Of a stretch of DNA of 64,000 bases, positions 26,673-40,164 are shown in pieces. The notes under the pieces were generated by a model. The model had not been told where the DNA came from. It ran no database searches and saw only the letters and a program-made list of their open reading frames with translations. Numbering within the stretch: position 1 is the stretch's first letter; every line of letters begins with the position of its first letter. The position numbers and the translations under genes were made by a program. Source of the DNA: the human T2T-CHM13v2.0 reference genome, Homo sapiens; assembly GCF_009914755.1 (NCBI RefSeq), contig NC_060936.1; one strand, given 5' to 3'.

Positions 26673-27039
26673 TATTTACAATTAAAATTATGCCCCCAAA
26701 GACCTTTTACTAGGAGATTATAAGTTAGTATAATGTTTATTAAGTTACTATGATAAAAACATAATAATTCAGGAAGGCAAGGCTATTTCTTCATTATAAG
26801 AGGCCTTTTCTACCTTTCTTTTATTGGCCATGCTGAAGTGAAAGACCTTAATACAGAATATTTAACAAACCATAAATTGTTTCACTAGACCGAATTTGTA
26901 TCAGATAAAAGTCTGCTCTTAAAATGCAGTGAAATATTTTATCTTGCTAGTGAACATTTCATGTTCCAGGCGAAAACTTACCCCCAAGTCTTAAATGGAA
27001 AGTAATGCTAATACTTTTAGATCACTTTCCAGCATCTTT

Positions 27040-27203
27040 GGCCGGGCGCGGTGGCTCACACCTGTAATCCCAGCTTTCAGGGAGGCAAGAGGCAGGAGGA
27101 TAGCTTGAGCCCAGGAGTTTGAGACCTGCCTGGGCAATATAGTGAGACCCCGTTCTCCAGAAAAAGGAAAAAAAAAAAAAGACAAAAAAAAATAAGTGTA
27201 ACT
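27040..27203 (+). pseudogene. BC200 (BCYRN1) RNA retropseudogene, 3'-truncated and tailless
   Basis: BC200-diagnostic cagggagg..agagg, ggatagcttgagccc, gagacctgcctgggcaatatag, ccccgttctccagaaaaaggaaaa, gacaaaaaaaaataagtgtaact; TSD tccagcatcttt. Confidence 0.92.
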
Positions 27204-27255
27204 CCAGCATCTTTGTTCGTGGTTCACTTTTTGCCCTTGGGTTGAATATTTTTTC

Positions 27256-27322
<67 letters not shown>

Positions 27323-27325
27323 TTC
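27256..27325. repeat. (TTTC)n tetranucleotide microsatellite
   Basis: Long pure TTTC array. Confidence 0.97.
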
Positions 27326-27479
27326 TTCCTTTATTTTCTTTTCTCCTCTGTCTGTCTCTCCTTCTCTCTCCAAGAAATCTACAGCATAACCAGGCAATTG
27401 AGAGTTATTAGTTATTTTTCCATCCTGTTAGATGATGAACATACACAGGCTCACAAAACAGTAAATTTTTGTTGAACAA

Positions 27480-28458
27480 CATACTTCCTACACTCTCCTC
27501 AACCCCCTTCAATTCAACTTCCACCTCCGTCATTCCTGAAATGGCTCCCGCTAAGGTCACCAATCATCCTTAAGGCCCCAAACTTAAAGGATACTGTTCA
27601 GCTTTCATATTACTTGATTTCTCAGCAGATTTCACAACAGCCAATCATTCTATCCTTAAAACAATCTTTTCCCTTGTCTTCTGGAACAAAGCTGTTCTCC
27701 TAGGCTTTCTCCTCTCCTCCCCTTTGAGTCCTTTTGCGGGCTCATTTGACTCTACCTGATCTCTAAGTATTGGAGCTGCGAAGGCTTGCTTCTGGACTTC
27801 TTTCTCCTTTCCTCTTCCCTGTCTCACAGCTGCAATTGTCTTCAATATGTCAATGGCTCTCAAACATATTCACTTGAATGAGTCTCTTCAGAGTCTCAGA
27901 CCTGTATATCTGGTGCACTTGATATTTCCTCCTGGAGGTCTCACAAGTACCCTAAATACAACATGGCCAGAACCTAACTTATGATTTCATCTGTAACCTC
28001 TTTTAGTGCTCCCTACCACAGTACGTGATATCATATTGTTCACAGATAACTATATCACATCAATCTCCTGGTCAGAACCCTTGCATGCATCTTGTTCTTT
28101 TCTCACTTAACATCTTTGTGTGTATTTATCTCTACCTGGAGTGCTTCCAGCCTCTGCATTTCACTTAATAAGTTTCCACTCATCAGATTTCATCTCTACT
28201 TCCATGGTCTCAGAGAAACCTCCATGTTGCCTACACTACAAATTTATGACTTACTCTCATAAATTCCTTTTTTTAAATATTTTTTTACCTTTGTAGAATT
28301 TACCAGGTTTATCATTTTCTAATTATAGAGTTATTTGCTTATCGTTTGTCTACAAGCTGTCAGTGCAGAGACCACTTCTATTCTGCTGATTTTGGCATAC
28401 CTAGTGCTAATAGTCGTGCCTGGCACATATTTGGCACCCAATATTTACTTATTTGATC
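27480..28458 (+). mobile_element. L2 fragments through 3' end
   Basis: ctaaggtcaccaat, ttacttgatttctcagcagattt, gtgcctggcacata. Confidence 0.8.
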
Positions 28459-30047
28459 AGTGGAGAGGCTATTTTCTATTTTGGTTTCTGATTCATGCAA
28501 AAGAAAAAAGTTAATTTTATTATACCACAAATCTTTATATACATAGCAATTTGTCAAACATGAGCTTGTTAGGGAATGCACTAAAATAGCTTAACCCAAT
28601 GAAGCGAAAAGACATTAAACCTAGATAGTATCCAACCTAGACTTTCCTCTGAGATATAAGTACATTTTTCCAGAGTCTGTGGGGAACTGACTGGTGCTTT
28701 TATTATTGCTACTTTTCTGTGATCTATAAAATCAACGTATGATGGGAAAGGGCAGTGGGTGTAGCGTGAGTGATGAAGAACTTGGGTGGAGTGGGCAGTG
28801 TTCAGCTCCCAGCTCCACCACCCATCACTGTAAGGTAGTAGTAGTAATGGTCCCCAGGTGCTGGCTGTGAGGGACACTTGTGCAGAGCTTCCAGCGGTGG
28901 GCTTCGAATAGGAAATGTGCTGGTGCACCCAGCCAGTGGGGAGCTGTCGTTGACACTAGGGGAAAAGAACAGGTGGTTATGTAAAAAGTACTTTACAATT
29001 TTCCCTTCATCCAATCTCAAATGAAACAGTGTCCACACTCTAGTCTGTGGATCATATTGCTGGAAAAGTCAAGGACTAGGAGGCAAAATCTGCAGGTGTT
29101 TCCTTTCAGATTTTTGCCTTCAGGAAGGAATGAAAGGTAAATGAAAATTATGGTTATTCCACTGGCACCAGAGTAATATGTATGCATTTTTAGATTGCTG
29201 CATTTTAGTTTAAGCTATACAGGATGAGAGTAGAAATGAAAATATTATATAAGAGAACTATCTTTTCTGCATTTCCTGCTTATTTTAATAGCTATCTCCA
29301 ATGTGGGTTTAATATTCAGAATTTTAATTCTTGTAATAAAACCTCAGTGAAGAGAGAAAGGACTCCAGTATTTCAAATACCTCTGGTGTAGCTGGTCTTG
29401 AAGTTTTGTCTGTTTTCTTTTTCAAGGTAAGGGATCTGTTTTTGTTCTGTTTATTTTATTTTAGTCATGCCATGAGGAAATGAGGTATATAAGTTAATTA
29501 TTTTAATCCCAATAAAATGATAACAAATTGTAACTACATGATACCCTCCCCAACTGGCCGATTTATTTAAACACTATATAAGCTAGTTTTTTTCCCCCTT
29601 TGGCAAGTTGTAAACAAAAGGCCTAAATTGTTCCTCATGGAAATGGATTACTCTAAAATCATGCTATCCTAGAGAAAATCTGAAATTGAATAAGATACAA
29701 AATCTCATTCGGTTCTGTCTCATAAGTCTTGTCTACATTTATATAATTTCCAAAGAGTTAAAACAGTTGTTGAAAGCCATAAGAAATGATGCAAAGTTAC
29801 TACAGCATTACCATATTTATCCCTCAGGGACAATTTCTTTTATGAATCTCATATTTGGTGTAACATCTCTTAAGATTTTGGGAGAACCTCCTATCAAATA
29901 ATTGTTATCTCTAGGAGACCTAGGTTTTCAAATTGGCGTCATGTATGTATCACAAAGGACCCAATCATTTAATTTTCCAGGTGTAAAATTATTAAACAAA
30001 ACAAGCAACCACAGAAACAAACAAAAGTCACTTTCCCCATATATTTC

Positions 30048-30503
30048 TGTACTGGGTTGAATCATGTCAAAATTCATATCCACCAGAATCTCAGAATGTG
30101 ACTTCATTTGGAAAAAAGGTCTTTGCGGATGTAGGTTAGGTTAAAATGAGGTCATATTGGATTAGGGCAGGTCCTAAACCCAATGACGGGTGTGTTGATA
30201 AGAGAAGAAAGAGGAATAGGCAGACACAGAGACACAGACATGAGGGAAGAAGAAGGTCCTGTGAAGGAGGAGGCAGAGACTGTGTGGTTCAGCTACAAAC
30301 CAAGGAACACCAGGACTGCCAGGAGGCCTCAGATGCTAGGAGAAGGCAAGGAAGGAATCTTCCCTAGAACCTTCAGTGGGATGCTGGCTTGCCAACATCT
30401 TGATTTCAGACATCTAGTCCCCGGGAACTGGGATGCGATAAATGTTGTTTTAAGCCATCTTCTTTGTGGTAATTTGCTATGGCAGTTCTAGGAAACTAAT
30501 ACA
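30048..30503 (+). mobile_element. MLT1C-like MaLR solo LTR
   Basis: tgtactgggttgaat...cagaatgtgacttcatttggaaa...ctaggaaactaataca; exact 5-bp TSD atttc. Confidence 0.9.
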
Positions 30504-30509
30504 ATTTCT

Positions 30510-31755
30510 CAAGCTCTTTCCATATCTTCTCCATTTCACAGTTGAATTTTGTTAAAGAAATTGTGGAATTGCCTCCATTTGATGTTTCTTCTTTATCACA
30601 TGACATTCACTCCTCAGCCACTGCGATCTGGGTTCTACCCTCATCATGCCACATTAATTCTTTGGCCAAGTTTACCAATAACCCCTCATAGCCGACTCCA
30701 GTGGTACCCCTTGGCCTTTGTATTATTTCATTCTCCATGACATTGGGCAGCCTTTACCACTTCCTCCCTGACCTCTGTGACTCTGCAGCCATAAAATTTT
30801 ATTTCTGCCCTCATGTGCACTCCATCTTAGCGACTGTTCAAGCTCCTCTTCTTGTATTGCACCTTCAGTATTGGGATTTGTCAGGATTCTTCCATGAACC
30901 TCTTCTCCCTCTGAGTACTCTGTCTGGATGGTTTCATTCACACACATTTATTTGCTAATGTTTTCTAAATCTGTCCTAAGACCAGCTCTTCCTCTGGAGC
31001 TTCAGAGTTCTCATCAACTCCACAAGTTAAGTTTGGGGGCTGGTGGGGGGACTTCACAAGTTAAATGCCTCACGGTCCCTCAAAATCAACGTGTTCAAAA
31101 CTGGAATCAACATTTTCTCTCTCAGGCCTGCTCCTCTTTTCTTGTCTGTGTCCCAGACTGCAGCACCAGCTTCTTCCTACTTAGTAAGATCAGAAACTTG
31201 GGTGACACCTTTGCTTCTCTCTTCCGTTCATAACCTGAAATCTGTCTCTGTTTTCATCCTTGCATATAAATCTATACTTCCATCTGCCACTCTCTCTCCC
31301 CTCACTTTCTGCAAGAGTGTACTGTCTAGTAGCCTCCTTCCTCATGTTCTTTCTTCACACACCCAGGAGTGTTCTTTGAGAAATGTACATTTGCTTGTGT
31401 GACCCTTGGGCTTAAAATCTGCAATATCTTCCCAAACTGTGTAGGATAAAGTCCAGAGTGTTTGAAAAGGCTTAGTATGACATGCCCCTTTTTGTCAAGC
31501 CAGATGGAAAGCCTTTCCCTTGTCTTTCAGGCAGGCCATGTAGTCTCTGAACTTGGATGAGATGTCACTACTACAAAGCCTCAATAACCCCAACCCTCCT
31601 TCATCCCCTTCCATGGCACTCATCCCACTGTCTTCAGCTCTCTGCTTTCCCATTGGTCCCCTGAAGGGTGAGAAGCTTGTCCTTCTTACTTAACCATGAA
31701 TCTCTGGTGCTGGGTACAGTGCCTGCAGTAGAGAGGCTCAATGAATTACTGAATC
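30510..31755 (+). mobile_element. L2 fragments
   Basis: tcctcagccactgcgatctgggttctaccc, aggataaagtccaga, terminal gtacagtgcctg. Confidence 0.7.
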
Positions 31756-32529
31756 CCCATAAATGAGAAAACCAAGGCTCATAATATTTAAGCCATTTGG
31801 CTAAGCAAATGCAGCCCAGGGTCAGATTTTTCTAGTGCTTTTTTCATTCTTATATATTTCCTTTTTTTGAAAAAAAAAAACTTGCCTTATGTAAAATTAA
31901 AGCATAATTGTTGGAAAACGTCACTTCTACATGAACACACCCACAATTTAGACCAAATGATGAAACCAAGAGAGGCTTAGTTATAAATGATACAATTCAT
32001 TACCAATTTGAAATGAGCTCTTTCTTCTAACCACTGCCTTATTTCCTTGGCTTTTCCATGGGTGAACACAACCACTTTTTATAGCTTTTAACTTTCTCCC
32101 ACAGCTTATACTCAGCTGCTGGTTAGCCCGCAGGTGTCAAATGCCGCATTCTTCTCTTTACTCACTCTGAGCACGAGTGGTGCCCTCAAGATGCCTCCTG
32201 CTCATTTTTAGCTTAATCCACCCATTTGTAAGCTCTCTCTCCTCTGAACTCTCACTCACCTTGCCAGCCTCTGAGCTGCCTTTGAAGAGGAATGCATGTC
32301 ATGGTTCTGAATCTGCCCCAGCTGTTCCTAATTCTTTCCTTCCCAGCCCACCCCTGTCTCAGAGCTGTGCTTGCCTCTCAAAAGAGAGGCTATGTTGGGG
32401 AGAAGGGGGGTGCCTGAGCCCCACTCTCTAAAGAAGACTTTCTTTCCCTTCCAGGCCTCAGAAAACTGCTGACCTAGTAGCTGATGCAAATTAGTTGTCC
32501 TTGTTTAGTGTTTTTTTTTGTCATTGTTT

Positions 32530-34105
32530 CATCAAAAATAAAAATTATTCATATTCACTAAAGAAAAATTTGACAATAAAGAAAATTAGGAAAAACTCCA
32601 TAGCACATGGAGTTTCATTAACCAATCACCACTGCCATTAAGATTTTGATATATTTCCTTTTAGTCCTTTTACTCATGTGAAACTTTAATTTGAACACTT
32701 ATCCTATTACACATATAATTTACATCTTTTATTTTCACTTAACAATATTATAGTCTATTTTGCATAGTACATCATTGAGTGGGCGGGTATACCAGAAAAT
32801 AATTAATCTTCTTGGGTTACACTTTTAAGTTGTTTCCCTTGTAACTATGAAAAATAAAAGAATGAATCTGATTCACATATAGGAAAACCAACCAACCAAC
32901 CAACCAACAAGCCTGAGAAAAACTGTGCCTAGTACCTTGTCTCTATTTAGAATGGTTCCCTTAAGATTTATATCCAGAAGTGAAATTACCAAGTACAAGG
33001 GGATAACTGCTTCCTCAAATTGCTTTCCAAACATATACAAATTTATACTGCAACTGGCTATGAATGAGAGTCTCTGTTTCATCCATCCTTGACAGGCTGT
33101 GTTTATACATTTCCCTTTCTCCCTAATTTCACAGGTCAGTTATCAAATCATTTTCTTTGATTCCTAGAGAAGCTGAATATTTTCATAAATGGTAGTATAT
33201 TAATTGTATTTTCTTCTGTGAATTTCTTTTAATGTCCTTTGATCATTCATGTATTTGATACTTTTTACTTCTTTTATCTGTTTTATAGCTCTTTATTTAA
33301 TAAAGAATTTAACTCTCATATTTGCTGCAAATATGTTCTGCTTTGGGCATTTGTTTTCAATGTTTTACCCATAGATTTTAATTTTTTTATGTAATTAAAA
33401 CTATTTTTTATTTGTAATTATGTTTTAGCTTAAAATTATTTACTTCTCATTACCTGCCTGCCCTTCCCTCACCACTCCCCTTCAACATTTAATAAGGTGC
33501 ACTTCCATGTTATCTTCTAAGATTTTATGCTTAATATTTTTCACATATAACTCTTTAACACATATGAGGCTTATGCTGGTATGTGAAGTAAGGTGAGAAT
33601 CTGTATTTTTTTCCCAAATTTTGTAATCAAATGAACCCAAATCATTCCTAGAACATTCTTTTTCTTATCCATTGATTTGTAATCTTTCATTAATCATATT
33701 TTCATTTCTCAAATATGTTGGGATTTATTGTTGGGCAATCTATTATGTTCCATTATCTATAGCCATTTTTGTACCAATAGTATTTAATGCATTGAACTTT
33801 ATAATATATTTAAGACTTCTGATAAAATTTGTACTTATTTTTACAGAGTTTTCATAAAGCTCCCTTTAATTTTGAACTAGATTAAGTCTGTGTATTTATT
33901 GGGGGTGAGAGAGTTGCCATACTTAAAAATTTTGTCTTTCCTTCCAGAGCACAAAAAGTCTCCTGAGTTATATGTCTGTTAATATTATCCCTGAATTTTT
34001 ACTATTTTTTTTTGTGGATACTATTAATCTAGTTTCTTTTTCCATTATATGTTAAAACTTTATTTCAGTTCTATAAAAATACTATAAAATTTATGTATTT
34101 ATTTT
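32530..34105 (-). mobile_element. decayed L1ME-type fragments
   Basis: T-rich antisense L1 hallmarks such as ccagaagtgaaattac and atatttgctgcaaatat. Confidence 0.6.
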
Positions 34106-34116
34106 GAGTTGGCCCC

Positions 34117-34950
34117 TGGTTAAAAAAAAAAATCAGTTTTTTCTATTCTCTCATTCAACAACAATCAACACAGAAGACTCTCTGACCAAATGTGTGGCAG
34201 TTTCTCCCCACCACCAAGCAAAAAATCAGTTCTGCAGTGAACACCAGCTGGGTGTTCTCTCATTCAATTCCGACACTAACCACCTGGAGATAGCATCAGA
34301 TTCCAATGGTGAAGGGCTCAATCCCACAACATTGCCCTCCACTTCTAAAACCAGTCCCAGGCCCCAGGTTGTTTTACCTGTGCTTCTGACTGACCTGCTA
34401 TAAATTGGGGTTCCCACAACCTTCTCCTTGGGTTTGATGAATTTACTAGAGTGAGGCTCACAGAACTCAGGGAAACATTTATGGTTACTGGTTGATTACA
34501 ATAGGTATTACAAAGGATACAGATGAATCCTTACAAAGGATACAGATGAAAGGATGAATAGGGCGAGGTATGGAAGTATCCTGAGTGCAAGAGCTTCTGT
34601 CCCCATGGAGTTGGGGTGCACCACCCTCCAGGAACCTCCACACGTCCTACTGTCAAGAGCTCCCTGAACCCATTCTTTTTGGGTTTCTATGGAAGCTTTA
34701 TTATAGAGACATGATTGATTAAATCATTGGCCATTGGTGATCAATCCAACCTTCAGGTCCTCTTCCATCCTTGAAGGTTGGGGGTATGACTGAAAGTCCA
34801 GCCCCCATCCTGAAGCTACTTAGGATCTGCCAACCTCCAGGCAACTCATTAGCATACAAAAAGACACATCACTTTAAGGATTCCAAATATTTCAGGAGTT
34901 GGATGCCAGAAGACTGGACAAAGACCAAATGTATATTTCATAATATCACA
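34117..34950 (-). mobile_element. MER21A/B LTR
   Basis: acaccagctgggtg...cctggagatagcatcagattcc...ggctcacagaactcagggaaaca...cataatatcaca; possible TSD gcccc/gctcc. Confidence 0.85.
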
Positions 34951-35146
34951 GCTCCACTTCACAAAATGAATTTTAAAAGTTGTTTCTAATGATTCCTTTT
35001 TCTGATATATGATCTTACCATGTAATAATAATTTTGTCTCTCTATACCAATATTTTTTAATTTTTTTGCATCTAATAGCATTTTTCAAACCTTTCATATT
35101 AAAAACAATAGTAGTCAGCATTACTTTGTGATTGTAATAAAATGAC

Positions 35147-35507
35147 TCTAGTCTGTTTTCATGTTGCTGATAAAGACATACCTGAGACCAGGCAGTTTAC
35201 AAAGGAAAGAGGTTTAATGGAGAACTCACAGTTCCACATGGCTAGGGAAGCCTCACAATCATGGTGGAAGGTAAGGAGGTGCAAGTCACACCTTACATGG
35301 ATGGTGGCAGTCAAAGAAAGAGGTTGTGCAGGCAAACTCCCATTTTTAAAATCATCAGATATTGTGAGACTTATTCACTATAAGAACAGCACAGGAAAGA
35401 CCCGCCCCCTTAATTTAATCATCTCCATCTGGGTCCCTACCACAACACGTGGGAATTATGGGAGCTACAAGATGAGATTTGGGCGTGGACAGAGCCAAAC
35501 CATATTA
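35147..35507 (-). mobile_element. THE1A-like solo LTR
   Basis: tgctgataaagacatacctgagac...gagaactcacagttccacatggct...agccaaaccatat. Confidence 0.9.
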
Positions 35508-36587
35508 ATGGCTCTGAATGTTTGCTGCTAATATTTTATTGATCACTGGTTTGAAAATAAAATTGCTTGCTATTTGAGACAATATTAATCTATTTTAATT
35601 TTTTAAAAGAGTTTTTGAATTATAGATTTGGAGATATTTATTAAAATCTTTTTTCTAAATGCCAAATCTTTTTCATAAATCTTTTAAAATGACCTTATTT
35701 AAGAAATTCAACCTAGTCATATAAAGTAACATATCCTATACCCTGATTTTCAACCTCTTGAATGTCTAAAATAAATATTTCTTAGTCATGACAGATTACA
35801 CTTTTAACATTACACTGAAAATTTTGTTAAGGATGTTTATTTCTCTATTAACAACTGCTATTGACTTGTACTATTATTTGGTGTTTATTTTTGTTAGATT
35901 TAATTTCACAAAAACATTGGCTTGGTAAAATTAGGTGGGAATGATTTCATTCATCTATGTTTCCACAAAATATTTATGTAGCATAGAATTTATATATTCT
36001 CTGGTAATTTTAGATAATTTTATCCTTAAAACCACCCAGCCATGGAGTCATGATGGTTTCTTGTTCTTTGTGAATTTTATTTCTTCAAAAATCACAGAGT
36101 GTTTTAAATTTTATTAAATAATATTTGTAGAGATTATTTATTTGTTTAATATTTTAGATGCTGTGTGCTTTAGCTTATTTATATTGACTTAAGTTTTATT
36201 TATTTGCTTTTTATTTATATTGCTTTTTCCTTATTTTCCTCATAGGCCCACTAATAATTTATTTGAAAAATATTTAGTTATTCCATGTTTACTTATTTCA
36301 ATATAGTCATTTCTATTTTATACAGTAATTTATTTCTATCTGTTTTCCTTAGGATTCTTGATTCTAACAGCTTGAGTTAATGCTTATTTTATTTCTTTTT
36401 TATCTCTTTTGAGATAAAAGACTGCATTTGTATTTTAGTTGTTGTCTAAGTAGAATACTATTTTATTTTTACTCCTTCCTTGAATCAATGATTGTCTTTT
36501 CTGTAGTTGTGATTAACATTTTTGTTATTATTGGTTTGAATTTTTATTTATAATTTCCACTATTTCTTGTATTGTGGTTAGAAATTA

Positions 36588-39472
36588 CACTAGCTAGACT
36601 AATAACAAAAGAGAAAAGATCAAAATAAACACAATCAGAAATGACAAAGGGGAAATTACCACAAACCCCACAGAAATACAGAATAACCCTCAAAGACTAT
36701 TATGAGCACCTCTATGGACACGCAAACTAGAAAACCTAGAAGAAATGGATACGTTGGATAAACTCCTTGAAATATACAACCTCCCTAGATTGAACCAGGA
36801 AGAAATTGAAACCCTGAACAGACAAATAATAAGTTCCAAAATTGAATCAGTAATAAAAAACCTATCAACCAGAAAAAGTACTGGACCAGATAGATTTACA
36901 GCCAAATTCTACCAGATGTATAAAGAAGAGCTGGTGCCAATCCTACTGAAATTGTTCCAAAAAATTGAGGAAGCAGGACTCCTCCCTAACACATTATATG
37001 AAGCCAGCATAATTCTGATACTAAAACCTGTCAGAGATACAACAAAGAAAGAAAACTGTAGGCTGAAATCCTTGATGAACATAGATGCAAAAATCTGCAA
37101 CAAAATACCAGTAAACTGAATCCAGCAGTACATCAAAAAGCTAATCCACCACGATCAAGTAAGCTTTGTTCCTGGGATACAAGGTTGGTTCCACATATAC
37201 AAATTAATAAATATGATGCATCACATAAACAGAAAAACAAACACCACATGATAATCTCAATAGAAGCAGAGGAAGTTTTCAATAAAATTAAACATCCCTT
37301 CATGTTAAAAACCCATACCAAACTATACATCAAATGAATATACTTCAAAATAGTAAGAGCCATCTATGACATACCCACAGCCAACATCATACTGAACAGG
37401 CAAGAGCTGGAAGCATTCCTTTTGAAAACTGGGACAAGACAAAGTTGCCCAATCTTACCACTGCTATTCAACATAGTTTTGCAAGTCCTAGCCAGAGAAA
37501 TCGGGCAAGAGAAAAATAAAAGTCATCCAAATACGAAGAGAGGAAGTCAAACTATTTCTTCAAAGATGATCATTCTATACCTAGAAAGCCCCATAGTCTT
37601 TGCCCAAAGGCTCTTAGATCTGGTAAACAACTTCAGCTAAGTTTCAGAATACGAAATAAGTGTACAAAAATCAGTAGCATTTACACCGATAACATCCAAG
37701 CTGAGAGCCAAATCAAGAACACAATCCCATTCACAATAGCCACAAAAAGGATAAAATATAAGGAATACAGCTAACCAGGGAGGTGAAAGATCTCTACAAT
37801 GAGATTACTAAACACTGCTGAAAGAAATTAGAGATGACACAGACAAATGGAAAAACATTCCACGCTCATGGATAGAGAGAATCAATATCATTAAAATGGC
37901 CATATTACCAAAGCAATTTACAGATTGAATGCTTATTCCAATTCAATTACCAACATCATTATTCACAGAATTATAAAAAAAACTATTCTAAAATTCATAT
38001 GGAACCAAAAAGGAGCCCAAATAGCTATGCAATCCTGAGCAAAAAGAACAAAGCTAGAGACATCACTCTACTGGACTTCAACCTATACTATAATGCTACA
38101 GTAACCAAAACAGCAAAATACTGGTACAAAAACAGACATATAGACCAATGGAACAGAATAGAAAACTCAGAAATAAAGCTGCACACCTACAACAATCTAA
38201 TCTTAGACAAGGCCAACAAAAACAAGCAATGAGGAAAGGACCCCTTATTCAATAAATTGTGCCGGGATAACTGGCTGGCCATATGCAGAAGATGGAAACT
38301 GGACCCCTTCCTTTCACCATATTAAAAAGAACAACTCAAGATGAATTTAAGACTTAAATGTAAAACTTAAAACTGTAAAAACCCTGGAGGAAAACCTAGG
38401 AAATACTATTTTGAACATAGATCCTGGCAAAGACTTCATGATGAGGACTCTAAAAGCAATTGCAACAAAAGTAAATATTGAGAAGTGGGATCTAATTAAA
38501 ATAAAGAACTTCTGCACAGCAAAAGAAACTATCAACAGAGTAAACAGACAACCTACAGAATGGAAGAATATATTTGCAGCTATGCAACCAACAAAGGTTT
38601 AATATCCAGAATTTATAAGAAACTTAACAGGCAAAGAAACAAACCCATTAAAAAATGGGCAAAGAACATGAACAAACACTTCTCAAAAGAAGATATATGC
38701 AACCCACAAGTAAGTAAAAAAATTCTCAACGTCGTCACTAATCATTAGAGAAATACAAACCAACACCACAATGAGATACCATCTCACATCCATCAGAATG
38801 GATATTATTAAAAAGTCAAAAAATAATAGATGCTGGTGAGGTTGCAGAGAAAAGGGAACACCTTTTTGTTTGTTTTTGTTTTTTTTGAGACAGGGTCTTT
38901 CTCAAAGAACTTAGAACTACCATTCAACCCATCAATCCCCTTATTGGATACATATCCAAAGGAATATAAATCATTCTACCATAAAGACACATGCACATCT
39001 ATGTTCATCACAGCACTATTCACAATAGCAAAGGCATGGAATTAACCTAGATGTCCAACAATGGTGGACTGGATAAAGAAAATGTGGTACATATACAACA
39101 TGGAATACCACGCAGCCATAATAAACAATGAAATCTTGTCCTTTGCAGCAACATGGATACAGCTGGAGGCCATTATTCTAAGTGAATTAATATAGGAATG
39201 GAAAACTAAATGTAAGTTCTCACTTATAAGTGGGAGCTAAACACTGAGCACAGATGGACCCTAAGAAGGGAACAGTAGACACTGGGGCCTACTTGAGAGT
39301 AGAGGGCAGGAGGAGGGTGAAGATCAAAAAATTACCTATTGGGTACTATGTGCATTACTTGGGTGACAAAATAACCTGTACACCTAACCCATGCGACATG
39401 CAATTTACTCATGTAACAACTTGCACCTGTACCACATGAACCTAACATAAAAGTTGGAAGGAAGGAAAAAAA
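36588..39472 (+). mobile_element. 5'-truncated L1PA15/16-like LINE (broken ORF2 RT and C-terminus plus 3' UTR)
   Basis: ORF fragments [62 protein letters not shown]; old L1PA-type 3' UTR and A tail. Confidence 0.93.
38863..38898 (-). mobile_element. Alu 3'-end/tail fragment inside L1
   Basis: tttttgtttgtttttgttttttttgagacagggtct. Confidence 0.75.
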
Positions 39473-40164
39473 AGAAAATATAGAGTACAAATTTCTCCCT
39501 TTTTGGAATTATTTTTTGATTGCTCAAAATATAAGCTTGATTGTAAATGTTAAAGCAATACTGAGGAAGATAGTATACTTTCTTTTTTCAATTTATAATG
39601 TTTGATACATATTTTATATTAATGTTGGAGTACATAAGTTTTAAAGATTTTCTGTATCTTTATTAAGTCATTTATGTCACCTCTTGTTCTATCATAAGCT
39701 GACTGAGATTGAGTCAAATGTTAAGCAATTCCATTTCATTAATTTTGTATTGCCTTTGAAACTCTTTTTTGTGCATTTTGCCACTATAAAATGATCTTAT
39801 TTATTCCATTTAATATTTTCCCCTGTAAATTCTATCTTGCCCAGTATTTCTCTAGCCATTCTTGCTTTTTTATATTAATATATAGTTTATACATCTTCTT
39901 ATATTTATTTGCTAATCCTTTAACTTTTTATCTTTCAATTTTTATGTTTCTTCAATTTTTTATTTAGCCTTTAATATATGGAATTTGTTTTATTGAATTT
40001 TACCTTTGATAATTTGCAAAGCAGACATTAGTTTTAAACGATTTCAGTATATTTTTGATTCTTAAAACTATGGCAATTGAATTTTGAGAATAAAAAAACT
40101 TTAGAATTCAATTCAGATAAAGTTTAAGGTTAAACTTCATCATTATCATCATTCTCATCATTCT

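Noticed and set aside
27040-27203. The functional BCYRN1 gene itself
   Set aside because: Lacks the C-rich 3' domain, shows CpG decay and has a TSD, so it is a retrocopy.
36745-38748. RT-like ORFs as an active retroelement or novel RT system
   Set aside because: Fragmented ORF2 of a 5'-truncated old L1PA.
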